Shown here: one piece after another, positions 18,043 to 27,241 of the stretch | Layout of the letters: each line of letters begins with the position of its first letter | Numbering within the stretch: the stretch's first letter is position 1 | Assembly (NCBI GenBank): GCA_965203485.1 | Contig: OZ241892.1 | Coordinates: 224,001-288,000 of the forward strand | Length of the DNA: 64,000 bases | Source of the DNA: Longimicrobiales bacterium | GTDB taxonomy: Bacteria; Gemmatimonadota; Gemmatimonadetes; Longimicrobiales; Gaopeijiaceae | Direction: 5' to 3' | Notes under the pieces: generated by a model | Databases searched by the model: none | Seen by the model: the letters and a program-made list of their open reading frames with translations, nothing else | Told to the model about the DNA's origin: nothing | Made by a program: the position numbers and the translations under genes

Positions 18043-19824
18043 TTGGTCCCCGTGACCGCCCCCGACCTCATCCGCCGCCTGGTGCGCGAAGCCGTGGCGC
18101 GCCCGCTGACCGCCCCCGGCGCCGAAGCGCTCCCCCGCGCCACCATCGGCGACATCGACCTTGCGGCTTCCGCCTCAACCACCGACGCCGCCATGCGAGC
18201 CGAATGGCGCGTGCTGTCCGCAGCCGTCGCCCGGCGTTGCCTGCTGCTGGCCGACGACCCCAAGCGCCCCGGCCGCCTCCGCGTCCTGGGCCCGGTCACG
18301 CACCAAGGCCCAGTGCGCTCCGTGGACGCCAGCCACCTGGCCAAGTCGCTCGAATCGCTGGCGGACCTGTCGCCCCTGGAAGCGGTGCGCCGGCTGACGG
18401 CCGAGCTGAACCGCGCCGCGGGGAACGGGCTGGCCTTCAACGGCCTCCTCACCCGTCACACGCTGGAATCCCGCTGTCGGCGCGACCCTGCCCGATGGGA
18501 GCGCGCCCGCCGCGCGGTGGCCGACCTCCCGCCCGCGCCGAGCTCGTGGCGCCAGACGTTGTCGGCGCTGGGCTACCGCCTGGACCGCCTTCCGCGACGG
18601 GGATACTTGGCCGTCCACGAAGGCCGGCCGGTGGCGGTCGTGCATCCCAAGAAGACGAGCGCGCTGGCCCGCTTGGACAGCGACGGCCGCCCGCCCGAGG
18701 GACTGCTGGCGGCGGACTGCAAGCAACGAGGCGCTCGCTACGGCATTCTGGCGTTTCGCGGCTACTTCCGTCTGTTCGACATGGAGTCCCCCGGCGGAAC
18801 CCGTCACTGGCTCGAACTGGACGACGACCTGCTGGACGACGACCGGCGCGCCTTCCTGGCGTTGCTGGCGCCCCCGTCCCTGGTCGGCGACGGCTTCGCC
18901 AACCTGCAACAGGAGGCGATCAACTTCGGCGTCCGGCTGCGTGCCCGGCTGGACCGCACGATCCGTCAGGAGGCCCTTCCCGCGCTGGCCGCCGACATGG
19001 AGCACTGGGCCAAGGAGCACGGCCTGGACCTGCACGACGACGCCCAGCGCGACAAGCTGGAGAAGGCCGCGATGACGCTGGGCTTCCGCGCCGTCTTCAT
19101 CCTCTTTGCGGAAGCCGCCGACCATCTGCCGATGAACAACGAATCCTACCGCAAGGCGTCGCTGTCGGAGCTTGTAACCGAGGCCCACGCGACCAAGGGC
19201 AAGCTGAGCCCGGCGTCGTCCGCGCTGTGGAACGGGTTCACGCGGCTGGTCAAGGCGATGCGATCCGGCAACCCGGCGTGGGACGTGCCCGCCTACAACG
19301 GCGCACTCTTCGCGGCCAAGGACTTCGCGGGCGCCGAGCTGCTGGAGCGGATGGAGCTGCGCGCCCCCGAGTTCGGGCGCGTGCTGTCGGCCGTCGGCCA
19401 CGACGCCGAGCAAGGGAGGGGAGTGGACTTCTCGACGCTGGAGATCGCCCACATCGGCCATACCTACGAGTCCCTGCTGGGCCTGCGCCTGTCGCTGGCC
19501 GCCCGCCCGCTCCGCTACGACGCCGCCCGTAGCGACGCCCCCGTCAGTGGCCGCTCCTCCGCTCTCCGTGCCGAGGACGCCTTCCCGAGGCTCCACTGGG
19601 TGATCGTCCGGGGCGAGAGCGGCCACGATGCCCGTCAGATGGCCCCTGAGTGGGCGCGCACCGTCCGGGACCATTGTGCCGCTAGCGGCGTACCGTTCTT
19701 CTTCAAGCAGTGGGGCGGTCGGACCCCGAAGGCGGGTGGCCGGGAACTGGACGGTACGACCCGGGACGGCTTTCCCGTCCCCGACAACACGGTCCTGCTC
19801 GTCGGCAACGCAGCGTTTCCGTAG
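18043..19824 (+). pseudogene. In-frame chimera: N-terminal half of a type IIG RM enzyme fused to the C-terminus of a DUF5131 (Gp37/Gp68) protein
   Basis: Up to ~19527: FRAVFILFAEA, PAYNGALF, DFSTLEIAHIGHTYESLL (region preceding IIG MTase motifs, which are absent). From ~19573: LHWVIVRGESG..AR.M..EWAR.VRD.C...GVPFFFKQWGG.TPKAGGRELDG (DUF5131 end). Confidence 0.75.
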
Positions 19825-19962
19825 CGCCCCTCCCGGCCATGCCGCTTGTTGATCCCAGGTGGTGATGTTATCGTGTAGGATACGATGAGTACCATTGGGG
19901 AGAGCGAATGTCACACGAGGTGGCACACACAATCCAAGGGACATTCCAACAGGAGTCGACGA

Positions 19963-20457
19963 ATGAAACGACGAGTATTCTACAGCTTCCACTACCAGCC
20001 GGACAGCTGGCGTGCGAGCCAAGTGCGCAACATGGGTGTCGTTGAGGGCAACCAGCCCGCATCCGACAATGATTGGGAGGCGATCACCGAGGGGGGTGAA
20101 AACGAAATCGAGGACTGGATCGACGATCAGATGCACGGTAGGTCCTGCGTTGTCGTATTGGTCGGCACCAACACGGCAGAGCGAAAATGGATCGACTACG
20201 AGATCAGAAAGGGATGGAAGGACGGCAAGGGCGTGGTCGGGATTCGCGTCCACGGGCTTAGGGACCAGGACCGCCAAGTATCAAGGCCAGGCAAGAATCC
20301 TTTCGCTCACATGTCGATAGGCGACAAATCTTTTTCGTCCATCGTAAAGTGTTACAATCCCGCCGGTTCGACCAGTCAGGATCGCTATGCCTGGATCAAT
20401 GAAGACCTTGTATCGACAATCGAGGAAGCGATACAGATACGCAACGACTACAGCTAA
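19963..20457 (+). CDS. thsB: ThsB-type TIR domain protein (MTH538/DUF1863)
   Basis: MKRRVFYSFHY..DSWRASQVRNMG, DNDWE, SCVVVLVG..TAERKWIDYEI (catalytic Glu), GKGVVGIRVHGL; RBS AGGAG. Confidence 0.9.
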   Translation: MKRRVFYSFHYQPDSWRASQVRNMGVVEGNQPASDNDWEAITEGGENEIEDWIDDQMHGRSCVVVLVGTNTAERKWIDYEIRKGWKDGKGVVGIRVHGLRDQDRQVSRPGKNPFAHMSIGDKSFSSIVKCYNPAGSTSQDRYAWINEDLVSTIEEAIQIRNDYS

Positions 20458-20471
20458 CAGGAAGAACTCCA

Positions 20472-21629
20472 ATGTCGTGCTCCTATGAAGTTGTTCTTCT
20501 GCACCGTGGTCTCGACCAGTTTGCCGATGAGGTTGCTAATGATGTGAATCAGGCGGCAGACGGGGTCTTGGGACGTTCCGGTGTTTTGCGATGTAGCACG
20601 GCACTCCCTCAAGCAAACAACACGGCCCACGTCGTGGTTGTCTACCTGGGCAACAAAGCTGGCCAACGGGATGATGCCATTCGCAGAGCACTGAGTCGAG
20701 CACTCAAGTCACATTTCCCGATTCTTCCAATCGTGCGACGAGAAGATTTTGGTGATATCCATGAGAAGCTTCCGTCAGCTATCTCGCAAGTCAATACGAT
20801 CAACTGGAACGACACCCCGGATCGAGCGGTGACAACTATTCTGGGGATGCTTGGGCTTGTGACGCAAGAGCGCAGGGTGTTTCTGTCATACGTTCGACGC
20901 GATTCAGGCCCAGTGGCGGAACAGCTACACGGGTTGCTCGTGCAGTCCGGCTTCGACGTGTTTTTAGATCGATTCACCGTTCCACCGGGAAGTGACTTCA
21001 GCGAACGAATCGACGACGAGCTGGCCGACAAAGCTTTTGTGGTTCTTTTGGAGAGTCCTGGACTAGCGGAATCCAAGTGGGTCGAACACGAGATTTCATA
21101 CGCTCTACAACATCGAATCGAAATACTGGCTGTCGCATTGCCCAGTGCGAGCGAACCGACTCCATTGATTGACGATGCCTTCCGCATTGACCTTGGGGAA
21201 CAAGATTTCTCGGGTGGCAAGCTCACCGAGAGTGCATCGAATGCGCTTATCGGGAAGATTGAATTTGCCCACGCACGCGCAATTCGGAGACGTCGTGAGC
21301 AGATACTTGGCACGCTTACCGGGAGGCTCGATGAATTTGACCACACTTGGACTCCGATTGGGACATGGACGATTCAGGCTTTGTCGCCTGACAGCGTTTC
21401 CTCGGTGTACCGCGTCACGCCCCGTCGCCCACGATCGCATGATATGTATGCACTTGACATCGAACGGACCAAGGTCAGTTCGCCTAATGCTACCAGCACG
21501 CGGGCATCCGTCGTGCATGGTGGGGGACGCATCGACGAGCGAAAGCAAGCTGTATTGGAGTGGATTGGCCAGGCAACTCACATGGCGGTCAGGTCGATCG
21601 ACACATGGACTCAGGATGTGGCGGCTTAG
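20472..21629 (+). CDS. Multi-domain TIR protein (degenerate TIR-like + TIR + unknown C-terminal domain)
   Basis: Central VFLSYVRRD...FDVFLDRF...FVVLLESPGLAESKWVEHEI; the N-terminal part has TIR-like VVVYLG/ILPIV/LPSAIS elements. Confidence 0.82.
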   Translation: MSCSYEVVLLHRGLDQFADEVANDVNQAADGVLGRSGVLRCSTALPQANNTAHVVVVYLGNKAGQRDDAIRRALSRALKSHFPILPIVRREDFGDIHEKLPSAISQVNTINWNDTPDRAVTTILGMLGLVTQERRVFLSYVRRDSGPVAEQLHGLLVQSGFDVFLDRFTVPPGSDFSERIDDELADKAFVVLLESPGLAESKWVEHEISYALQHRIEILAVALPSASEPTPLIDDAFRIDLGEQDFSGGKLTESASNALIGKIEFAHARAIRRRREQILGTLTGRLDEFDHTWTPIGTWTIQALSPDSVSSVYRVTPRRPRSHDMYALDIERTKVSSPNATSTRASVVHGGGRIDERKQAVLEWIGQATHMAVRSIDTWTQDVAA

Positions 21630-21631
21630 CG

Positions 21632-22258
21632 ATGGATTCCCTTGGGGGGCGCCACGTCTTTCTGTCGGCGAGCTTTCCTTCCGGCGAAAGGGGAGAAGCA
21701 GTGCGGCCGTACGATCCATCAGCCGTCGCCGATGCCGTAACGGCCCTGGTGCGGGCTGTACTATCCCGCGACGGCAGGTTGCTGTTCGGAGGGCATCCTA
21801 CCATTACGCCGCTGGTGCTCGCGATCGCCATGGAGCATCGCTCCAAGCACTCGGTGGACGTCTTCCAGTCGGAATGGTTTCGGGGGCGGGTTACATCGGA
21901 AACCAAGAGGCTGGCAAGCCTTGGCTATGGAGACGTCCATTGGACAGAGAGGCGTGGTGACCTGGATCGCACACTGAGGACGATGCGGCGGCGGATGCTG
22001 AGTTTTGGACAGATCGCCGGGGCGGTGTTCGTGGGTGGGATGGATGGTATCGAAGAGGAGCACCGAATGCTTGGGCACATGCTGCCGGGTGTTCCGAGGA
22101 TACCCGTGCGTGGCCCAGGCGGAGCGGCGGCACGGTTGCAGACGATGGAGGCTGAGGTTCCAGAATACTTGGCGCGACAACTCGATTCGAGAGCCTATCC
22201 GCTCCTTTCGTCGAAGATCGTGGAATACCTGATTGCCTCTGATTCGAGGCCTCGCTAG
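21632..22258 (+). CDS. Stand-alone SLOG-family nucleotide-binding protein
   Basis: VFLSASFP, LLFGGHPTITPLV, FQSEWF, LRTMRRRML, AVFVGGMDGIEEE, IPVRGPGGAAA; starts 2 nt after the TIR gene stop. Confidence 0.78.
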   Translation: MDSLGGRHVFLSASFPSGERGEAVRPYDPSAVADAVTALVRAVLSRDGRLLFGGHPTITPLVLAIAMEHRSKHSVDVFQSEWFRGRVTSETKRLASLGYGDVHWTERRGDLDRTLRTMRRRMLSFGQIAGAVFVGGMDGIEEEHRMLGHMLPGVPRIPVRGPGGAAARLQTMEAEVPEYLARQLDSRAYPLLSSKIVEYLIASDSRPR

Positions 22259-22530
22259 CTACCGCCGCCCCCCGGGTTCGTCGGCGGGCACTTGCGCAGG
22301 GAATTCAACGAGGCATGGCGGGCTCCGTGACTTGCTAGGAGGCTGGCGGCGGAGGCGAGGCCGCCCCCGAAACGCGACGTGTCTTGGGAATGTACAGCGG
22401 GCGAGCGAGCCGGGCACGTCCTGCAGACGGCTCAAGTCCGGGTCGAAGGCACCGGCGGCTTCCCGAAGCGGCAAATCGGCAAATGGGACTTGGCGCGGCC
22501 AAGGCGCGGAAGCGGGAAGACGGAATGGAC

Positions 22531-22835
22531 GTGCTTCACCACGAAATCGTCGCGGTGCCAGGGGCGACCCGCGTCCGGAGCGGACGCTGATCGTGCCGCA
22601 CGGCATCTTCGGCCATGGGCGCAACTGGAAGTCCGTCGCTACGCGCCTCGTCCGCGACCGGCCGCGACTGGGCTGTGGCGCTGGTGGGACCTGCGAGGGC
22701 ACGGACGATCGCCCGGCTGGCCGGAGACGCCGACGGTCGAGGCGTGCGCCCGCGACGTGCAACGGCGGCCACTGGTTGCACGTCGACAATCCGGACGCGC
22801 TGCACCGGCTCCTCATTCGACGCCTGCCCGGCAAT
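22531..22835 (+). pseudogene. Alpha/beta hydrolase (YbfF-like esterase) remnant with internal deletion
   Basis: HGIFGHGRNW, DLRGHGRS and GHWLHVDNP in shifting frames; the GxSxG core is missing. Confidence 0.7.
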
Positions 22836-22953
22836 CGCAGGCGGTCCTCGCACGAAGCCTTCGGCCGGCACCGTCCGACCAAACTGAACGGCCCAAGCGG
22901 CCCGGCCGGATCACGTCGTCGCGCCCCGGCCGGCCGCCTTGGTCGTACTCGCG

Positions 22954-25698
22954 TCAGTGGAAGATCTGGAAGCCGAAGTTGAACGACCGCGGGTATCCGA
23001 GGAAGATCTCTGCGTCGTCGGCCTTGTGGCTCGGTCGGCCGCGGGCCCTCTCGGCGTCGTCGCGGTAGGCGTTGAATCTGGAGTTGTCGGTCGCGTCCTG
23101 CACGTACACTGCGTCCGTGACGTTGAAGATGTTCATGAACAGCCTCACGTTGCCTCCGAAGGCCGCCGCCACGTCGGACGCCAATCGGTAGGACATGTGG
23201 ACGTCGAAGACCGTGTATCCGGGAGGACTCCACGACTGCACGCCTTCGTCCGCGCCGTCCGTCCGATCGAAGGGATTGTAGTTTGCATAGTGCTTGCCGA
23301 AGGTCTTGCCGACGCCTTGCACGTACAGCCCGCCGGTGGGGAACAGAGACAGCGCGTACGCGACTTGGAACTGCGGCGCGTCGCCTACGTACAGGTCCCT
23401 GACGTAGAAGGTGTACTGCTCCGTCTCCGATCGCCGGTCGTCGGGCCGGTACTCGCCCTCGGCGTTGGCGGTGTGCTTCCAGTCGCCCCAGGAGAGCGCG
23501 GCGTCGAAGCGCATGTAGTCCGTCGGCTGAAACGCGCCTTCCAGCTCCACGCCCATGTGGCGGGCGTCCAGGCCCAGCAGGTTGATCAAGCCTTCGGTGT
23601 CCTCGTCGAGACGGATGTTGCGCGTGCGCGTCCGGTCGTTCCACTGCGTGAAGTAGATGTTCCCGTCGAGAGAGAAGCGGCGATCCAGCGAGCGGAACCG
23701 AGCGCCCGCCTCGAACGACAGGAAGGTCTCGTTCCTGGGATTGGCGTTGAGAAGGCCGTTGTTGTCGTCGATCACGCCGTCGAAGATCGGAACCTTGGAC
23801 ACGTACCCGGCGTTGCCGTAGACGGACCACTCGGAGTTGACGTTGCGCATTGCGCCGCCCTTGAGCTGGTAGCCGGTCAGTCCGCCGCTGCTGAGCTCAA
23901 GGAATCCCCCGCCCATGCCCCTCCTGAAGAAGTCGGTGTAGTCGTAGGAGATGCGCGAGACGCCCATCATGCCGTAGAGGGAACCGGCCAGCGTGGACCG
24001 CTCGGCCTGCACGTGGGCGCCGATCCAGTTCACGTCGTTCTCGTTGTGGTAGTGAATCTTGTCGCCCAGACCCCGGTCGCCTTCGGCCTCCGTCCAGAAC
24101 TCGGAACTGCAACCGCGGAAGCAGTCGTTGTAGAACGAGCCGCCCAACAAGTCCCGGACTTCGCGGTAGTGCTCGATCGTGGCGGTGCGCCAGTCGACGC
24201 CGAGCTCGGCGGCCCAATCCCCGCCGAAGTCCTTGTGCATCTTGGCGATGGCGCCGTACGTGTCCTGGTTGTTGACCGAGTTGCGGAGAATGCCGCGCGA
24301 CGCGCCTTCGTCGCTGCCGCCGTTGCGCGCAATCGTCGCATTCCAGTTGGGGAACCTCTGGCCGTAGGTGTTGTCCCAGACAAGCGATCCGTACGTTCCT
24401 GTTCCGCCGCCTTGGCCGCCCGAGTAGTAGGCCACCGTGTTGAGCGTCCATCCGCCGCCGAAGGCCGAGTACCAGTTGAGGTTGACCTGCGGCTTGTGGA
24501 AGTAGTTCTCGCGCTCGTTGATGAAGTTGGCGCTGTGCCTGCTGAAGACGCCGGCGCCGGGCCCGGTGCTGGTGAACTGGCGCCCCCTGTAGCTCGGGTC
24601 GACACCTCCGAAGTTTGGGCTCCAATAGCGGCCGGCCTCCGTGGAAAACCTCTCCAAGCCGCCCGGGTCGTAGCCTTCGAGGCCGGCGGCAAAGTCGCGG
24701 TTCAGAGTGGCGGCGTTGAGCTTGTACAGATTCTGCCCGTGCCGCTGGGGCGCGCCGACCGCGTAGAGTTCGACGCGGTTGTGGTCGCTGATCCTGTACT
24801 GCGAGGCCAGATAGTACGACCACGCGTCGGTCCACGTGCCGTCGATCAAGCCGTCGCCCGTCTTGCGCACGCCCGAGGCCGTCAGGGCGAACTTGCCGAT
24901 CTGCCCGGTGGACGCCGTCATCGTCGTCTTGCGGAAGTTCCCGCTTCCAAACTCTTGCTTGAGGTTGTAGCCGGCCGACTGCTGGCTCGGGTCGGTGATC
25001 ACGTTGAGCGTGCCGCCGATCGACGGCGTGGCCAGGTTGACCGCGCTCAGGCCGCGTTGCAACTGAATGCTCGTGGCGGCGTCGCCGAGTCCGTCCCAGT
25101 TCGACCAGTAGACCCAGCCGTTCTCCATGTCGTTGACGGGCACGCCGTTGATCATGACGGCCGTGTTGCGCTGGCTGAACCCGCGCACGTTGATGCGGGC
25201 GTCGCCTGCCCCGCCGCCTTGGGCCGTCGAGTACACGGACGGCGTGACGCTCAGCACCAGCGGCAGGTCGCGCGAGCCCAGCTGGCGCTGGATCTGCGGC
25301 TTGGCCACGTCGGTGAACGCCACCGGCGTCCGGCGCTCTTCGGCCCGCTCGGCGAGCACATCGATGCTTCCGAGCGCCACCGCGTTCGACGTCATCGCGA
25401 AGTCCACGACCGTGGCGCCGCCCGATTCGACCGCGACGTCCCGGCTCTCGGACACGAAGCCGATCATGCGCGCCGTCACGTGGTACGCGCCGGCGGGCAC
25501 GCCCATCACGTTGAAGCGCCCGTTGGCGTTCGTGATGCCGCCGTACTCGGCGCCGGTCTCGGTCTGCGCGACCACCACGTGCACGCCTTCCAACCCTCCC
25601 CCCTCCGCGGTGACCGCCCCGGTCACCGATCCCGTCTCCTGGGCGGTCGCGGGCATCGCGACCAGCCACAGGAGCCCCACAGCGCACATCGACTTCAT
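22954..25698 (-). CDS. TonB-dependent receptor with N-terminal carboxypeptidase-regulatory-like domain
   Basis: Signal peptide; plug motifs INVRGFSQRN, INGVPVND, IQLQRG, IGGTLNVIT; beta-barrel ending in FNFGFQIFH. Confidence 0.93.
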   Translation of the reverse strand: MKSMCAVGLLWLVAMPATAQETGSVTGAVTAEGGGLEGVHVVVAQTETGAEYGGITNANGRFNVMGVPAGAYHVTARMIGFVSESRDVAVESGGATVVDFAMTSNAVALGSIDVLAERAEERRTPVAFTDVAKPQIQRQLGSRDLPLVLSVTPSVYSTAQGGGAGDARINVRGFSQRNTAVMINGVPVNDMENGWVYWSNWDGLGDAATSIQLQRGLSAVNLATPSIGGTLNVITDPSQQSAGYNLKQEFGSGNFRKTTMTASTGQIGKFALTASGVRKTGDGLIDGTWTDAWSYYLASQYRISDHNRVELYAVGAPQRHGQNLYKLNAATLNRDFAAGLEGYDPGGLERFSTEAGRYWSPNFGGVDPSYRGRQFTSTGPGAGVFSRHSANFINERENYFHKPQVNLNWYSAFGGGWTLNTVAYYSGGQGGGTGTYGSLVWDNTYGQRFPNWNATIARNGGSDEGASRGILRNSVNNQDTYGAIAKMHKDFGGDWAAELGVDWRTATIEHYREVRDLLGGSFYNDCFRGCSSEFWTEAEGDRGLGDKIHYHNENDVNWIGAHVQAERSTLAGSLYGMMGVSRISYDYTDFFRRGMGGGFLELSSGGLTGYQLKGGAMRNVNSEWSVYGNAGYVSKVPIFDGVIDDNNGLLNANPRNETFLSFEAGARFRSLDRRFSLDGNIYFTQWNDRTRTRNIRLDEDTEGLINLLGLDARHMGVELEGAFQPTDYMRFDAALSWGDWKHTANAEGEYRPDDRRSETEQYTFYVRDLYVGDAPQFQVAYALSLFPTGGLYVQGVGKTFGKHYANYNPFDRTDGADEGVQSWSPPGYTVFDVHMSYRLASDVAAAFGGNVRLFMNIFNVTDAVYVQDATDNSRFNAYRDDAERARGRPSHKADDAEIFLGYPRSFNFGFQIFH

Positions 25699-26209
25699 CG
25701 TGCCGTCCTCTCCTTATGGAATGCTGGGTTTGCGCTCCCCGAGCCGGACGCGCCCGAACCCTCGCGGCGGTTGCCTGACCGAGCGCGCGGCTTCGCGGCA
25801 AGCGACGGATGGGCACGGACGGACCCTCGAGGTCAAGGAGCAATCTACGGACTTCAGCTTATGGTGCGCGCAACGTTTCGGCAACGACTTCGCTACGCGG
25901 GAAGAGGGCGGGCGGGGCGAGGCCGGCGCCGGATGCTCGGCGAGCCGCGCGCCCCGGCCCCTGCGGACCGGCGGCAACCTGGACACGCTCCGCCGCGTCT
26001 CGTATAATCGGTGCCCGCAAGAACGGCTTCGAGGCGTGGCCTTGCCCGGATTGCCCGGTGATCGCGATGGACCGGACGCAATGAGCCGGGGGGCCGAACG
26101 CGCTTGCGGCCCAGCGGCTTCGCAGGACTGGGAATGGCCGGCCCGACCGTGCGCCGACGGCGGCGCGGGCCCGGTTGCGAGCAAGGAGAGCATCAAGAGG
26201 AGGAGGCGA

Positions 26210-27241
26210 ATGATCTCGGTCGAGGGCGCTACCAAGCGGTTCGGCCCGATCGCGGCGGTGAACCAAGCCAGCTTCGAGGTGGGCCGGGGAGAGGTGGTCG
26301 GCTTCCTGGGACCGAACGGGGCGGGCAAGACCACGACGATGCGGTTGATCACGGGCACGCTTCAGCCGGACGAGGGCCAGATCCGGTTCGACGGCGCCCC
26401 GATCGGCGACGACCTGACGGCGGCCAAGGCCCGCATCGGCTATCTGCCCGAAGCGAACCCGCTCTACGACGAGATGCTGGTTTGCGAGTACTTGGAGTTC
26501 GTGGCGCGGCTCCGCGGCTTGGGGGGCGCGGAGGCGCGCTCGGCGATCTCGGCGGCGGTCGACGAGACGGGCCTGGACGCCGTCTTCTTCCGGCCCATCA
26601 GCCAGATCTCGAAGGGCTACCGGCAACGGACGGGGATGGCCGGAGCGATCCTGCACCGGCCGGAAATCCTCGTCCTCGATGAACCCACCGAGGGCCTCGA
26701 TCCCAACCAGCGAGTCGAGATCCGCAAGCTGGTGAGTTCGCTGGGCAGCGAGCGGACCGTGATCCTGAGCACGCACGTCATGCAGGAAGTCGAGGCCACT
26801 TGCGGGCGGCTCCTGGTGATCTCGCAAGGGGCGATCGTGGCGGACGGGACCGTCGCGCAGCTGCTCGAAGGCGGCCGAGGCCGGGCGCGGTACCACGTCG
26901 AAGTCGAGGGCGAAGGAGCGGCCGAGGCGTTGCGGGCGTTGCCGGGGGCCGTGAGTTGCGAGGCCAAGGCGGTCAACGGGCGGACGCGGGCGTGGATCGA
27001 GGGTGCGGAAGGGCACGAGCTTCGACCGGAGATATTCAAGCTGGCGGCGGCCCAGGGCTGGGTGCTCTGGGAACTCGGGCGCGAACAGGCGTCGCTGGAG
27101 CAGGTCTTCCACCAGCTTACCGCGACCGCCGGGGAAGAGACCGCGGAAGCGGACGAAGGAGCCGCGCCCTCCGGGAGGGCGGAAACGGCAACGGCGGCTC
27201 GAGACGCCGGCGAAGGGACCGCCGCAGGAGATACCCGATGA
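26210..27241 (+). CDS. ABC transporter ATP-binding protein (GldA-like)
   Basis: GPNGAGKTT, ISKGYRQR, LDEPTEGLDPNQ, STH; RBS AGGAGG. Confidence 0.92.
   Translation: MISVEGATKRFGPIAAVNQASFEVGRGEVVGFLGPNGAGKTTTMRLITGTLQPDEGQIRFDGAPIGDDLTAAKARIGYLPEANPLYDEMLVCEYLEFVARLRGLGGAEARSAISAAVDETGLDAVFFRPISQISKGYRQRTGMAGAILHRPEILVLDEPTEGLDPNQRVEIRKLVSSLGSERTVILSTHVMQEVEATCGRLLVISQGAIVADGTVAQLLEGGRGRARYHVEVEGEGAAEALRALPGAVSCEAKAVNGRTRAWIEGAEGHELRPEIFKLAAAQGWVLWELGREQASLEQVFHQLTATAGEETAEADEGAAPSGRAETATAARDAGEGTAAGDTR

Noticed and set aside
22939..26007. 1022-aa plus-strand ORF and similar long Arg/Ala/Pro-rich ORFs (e.g. 28896-32309, 9563-12283, 61446-63791)
   Set aside because: Antisense or off-frame shadows of well-supported genes, as expected in high-GC DNA; no motifs.
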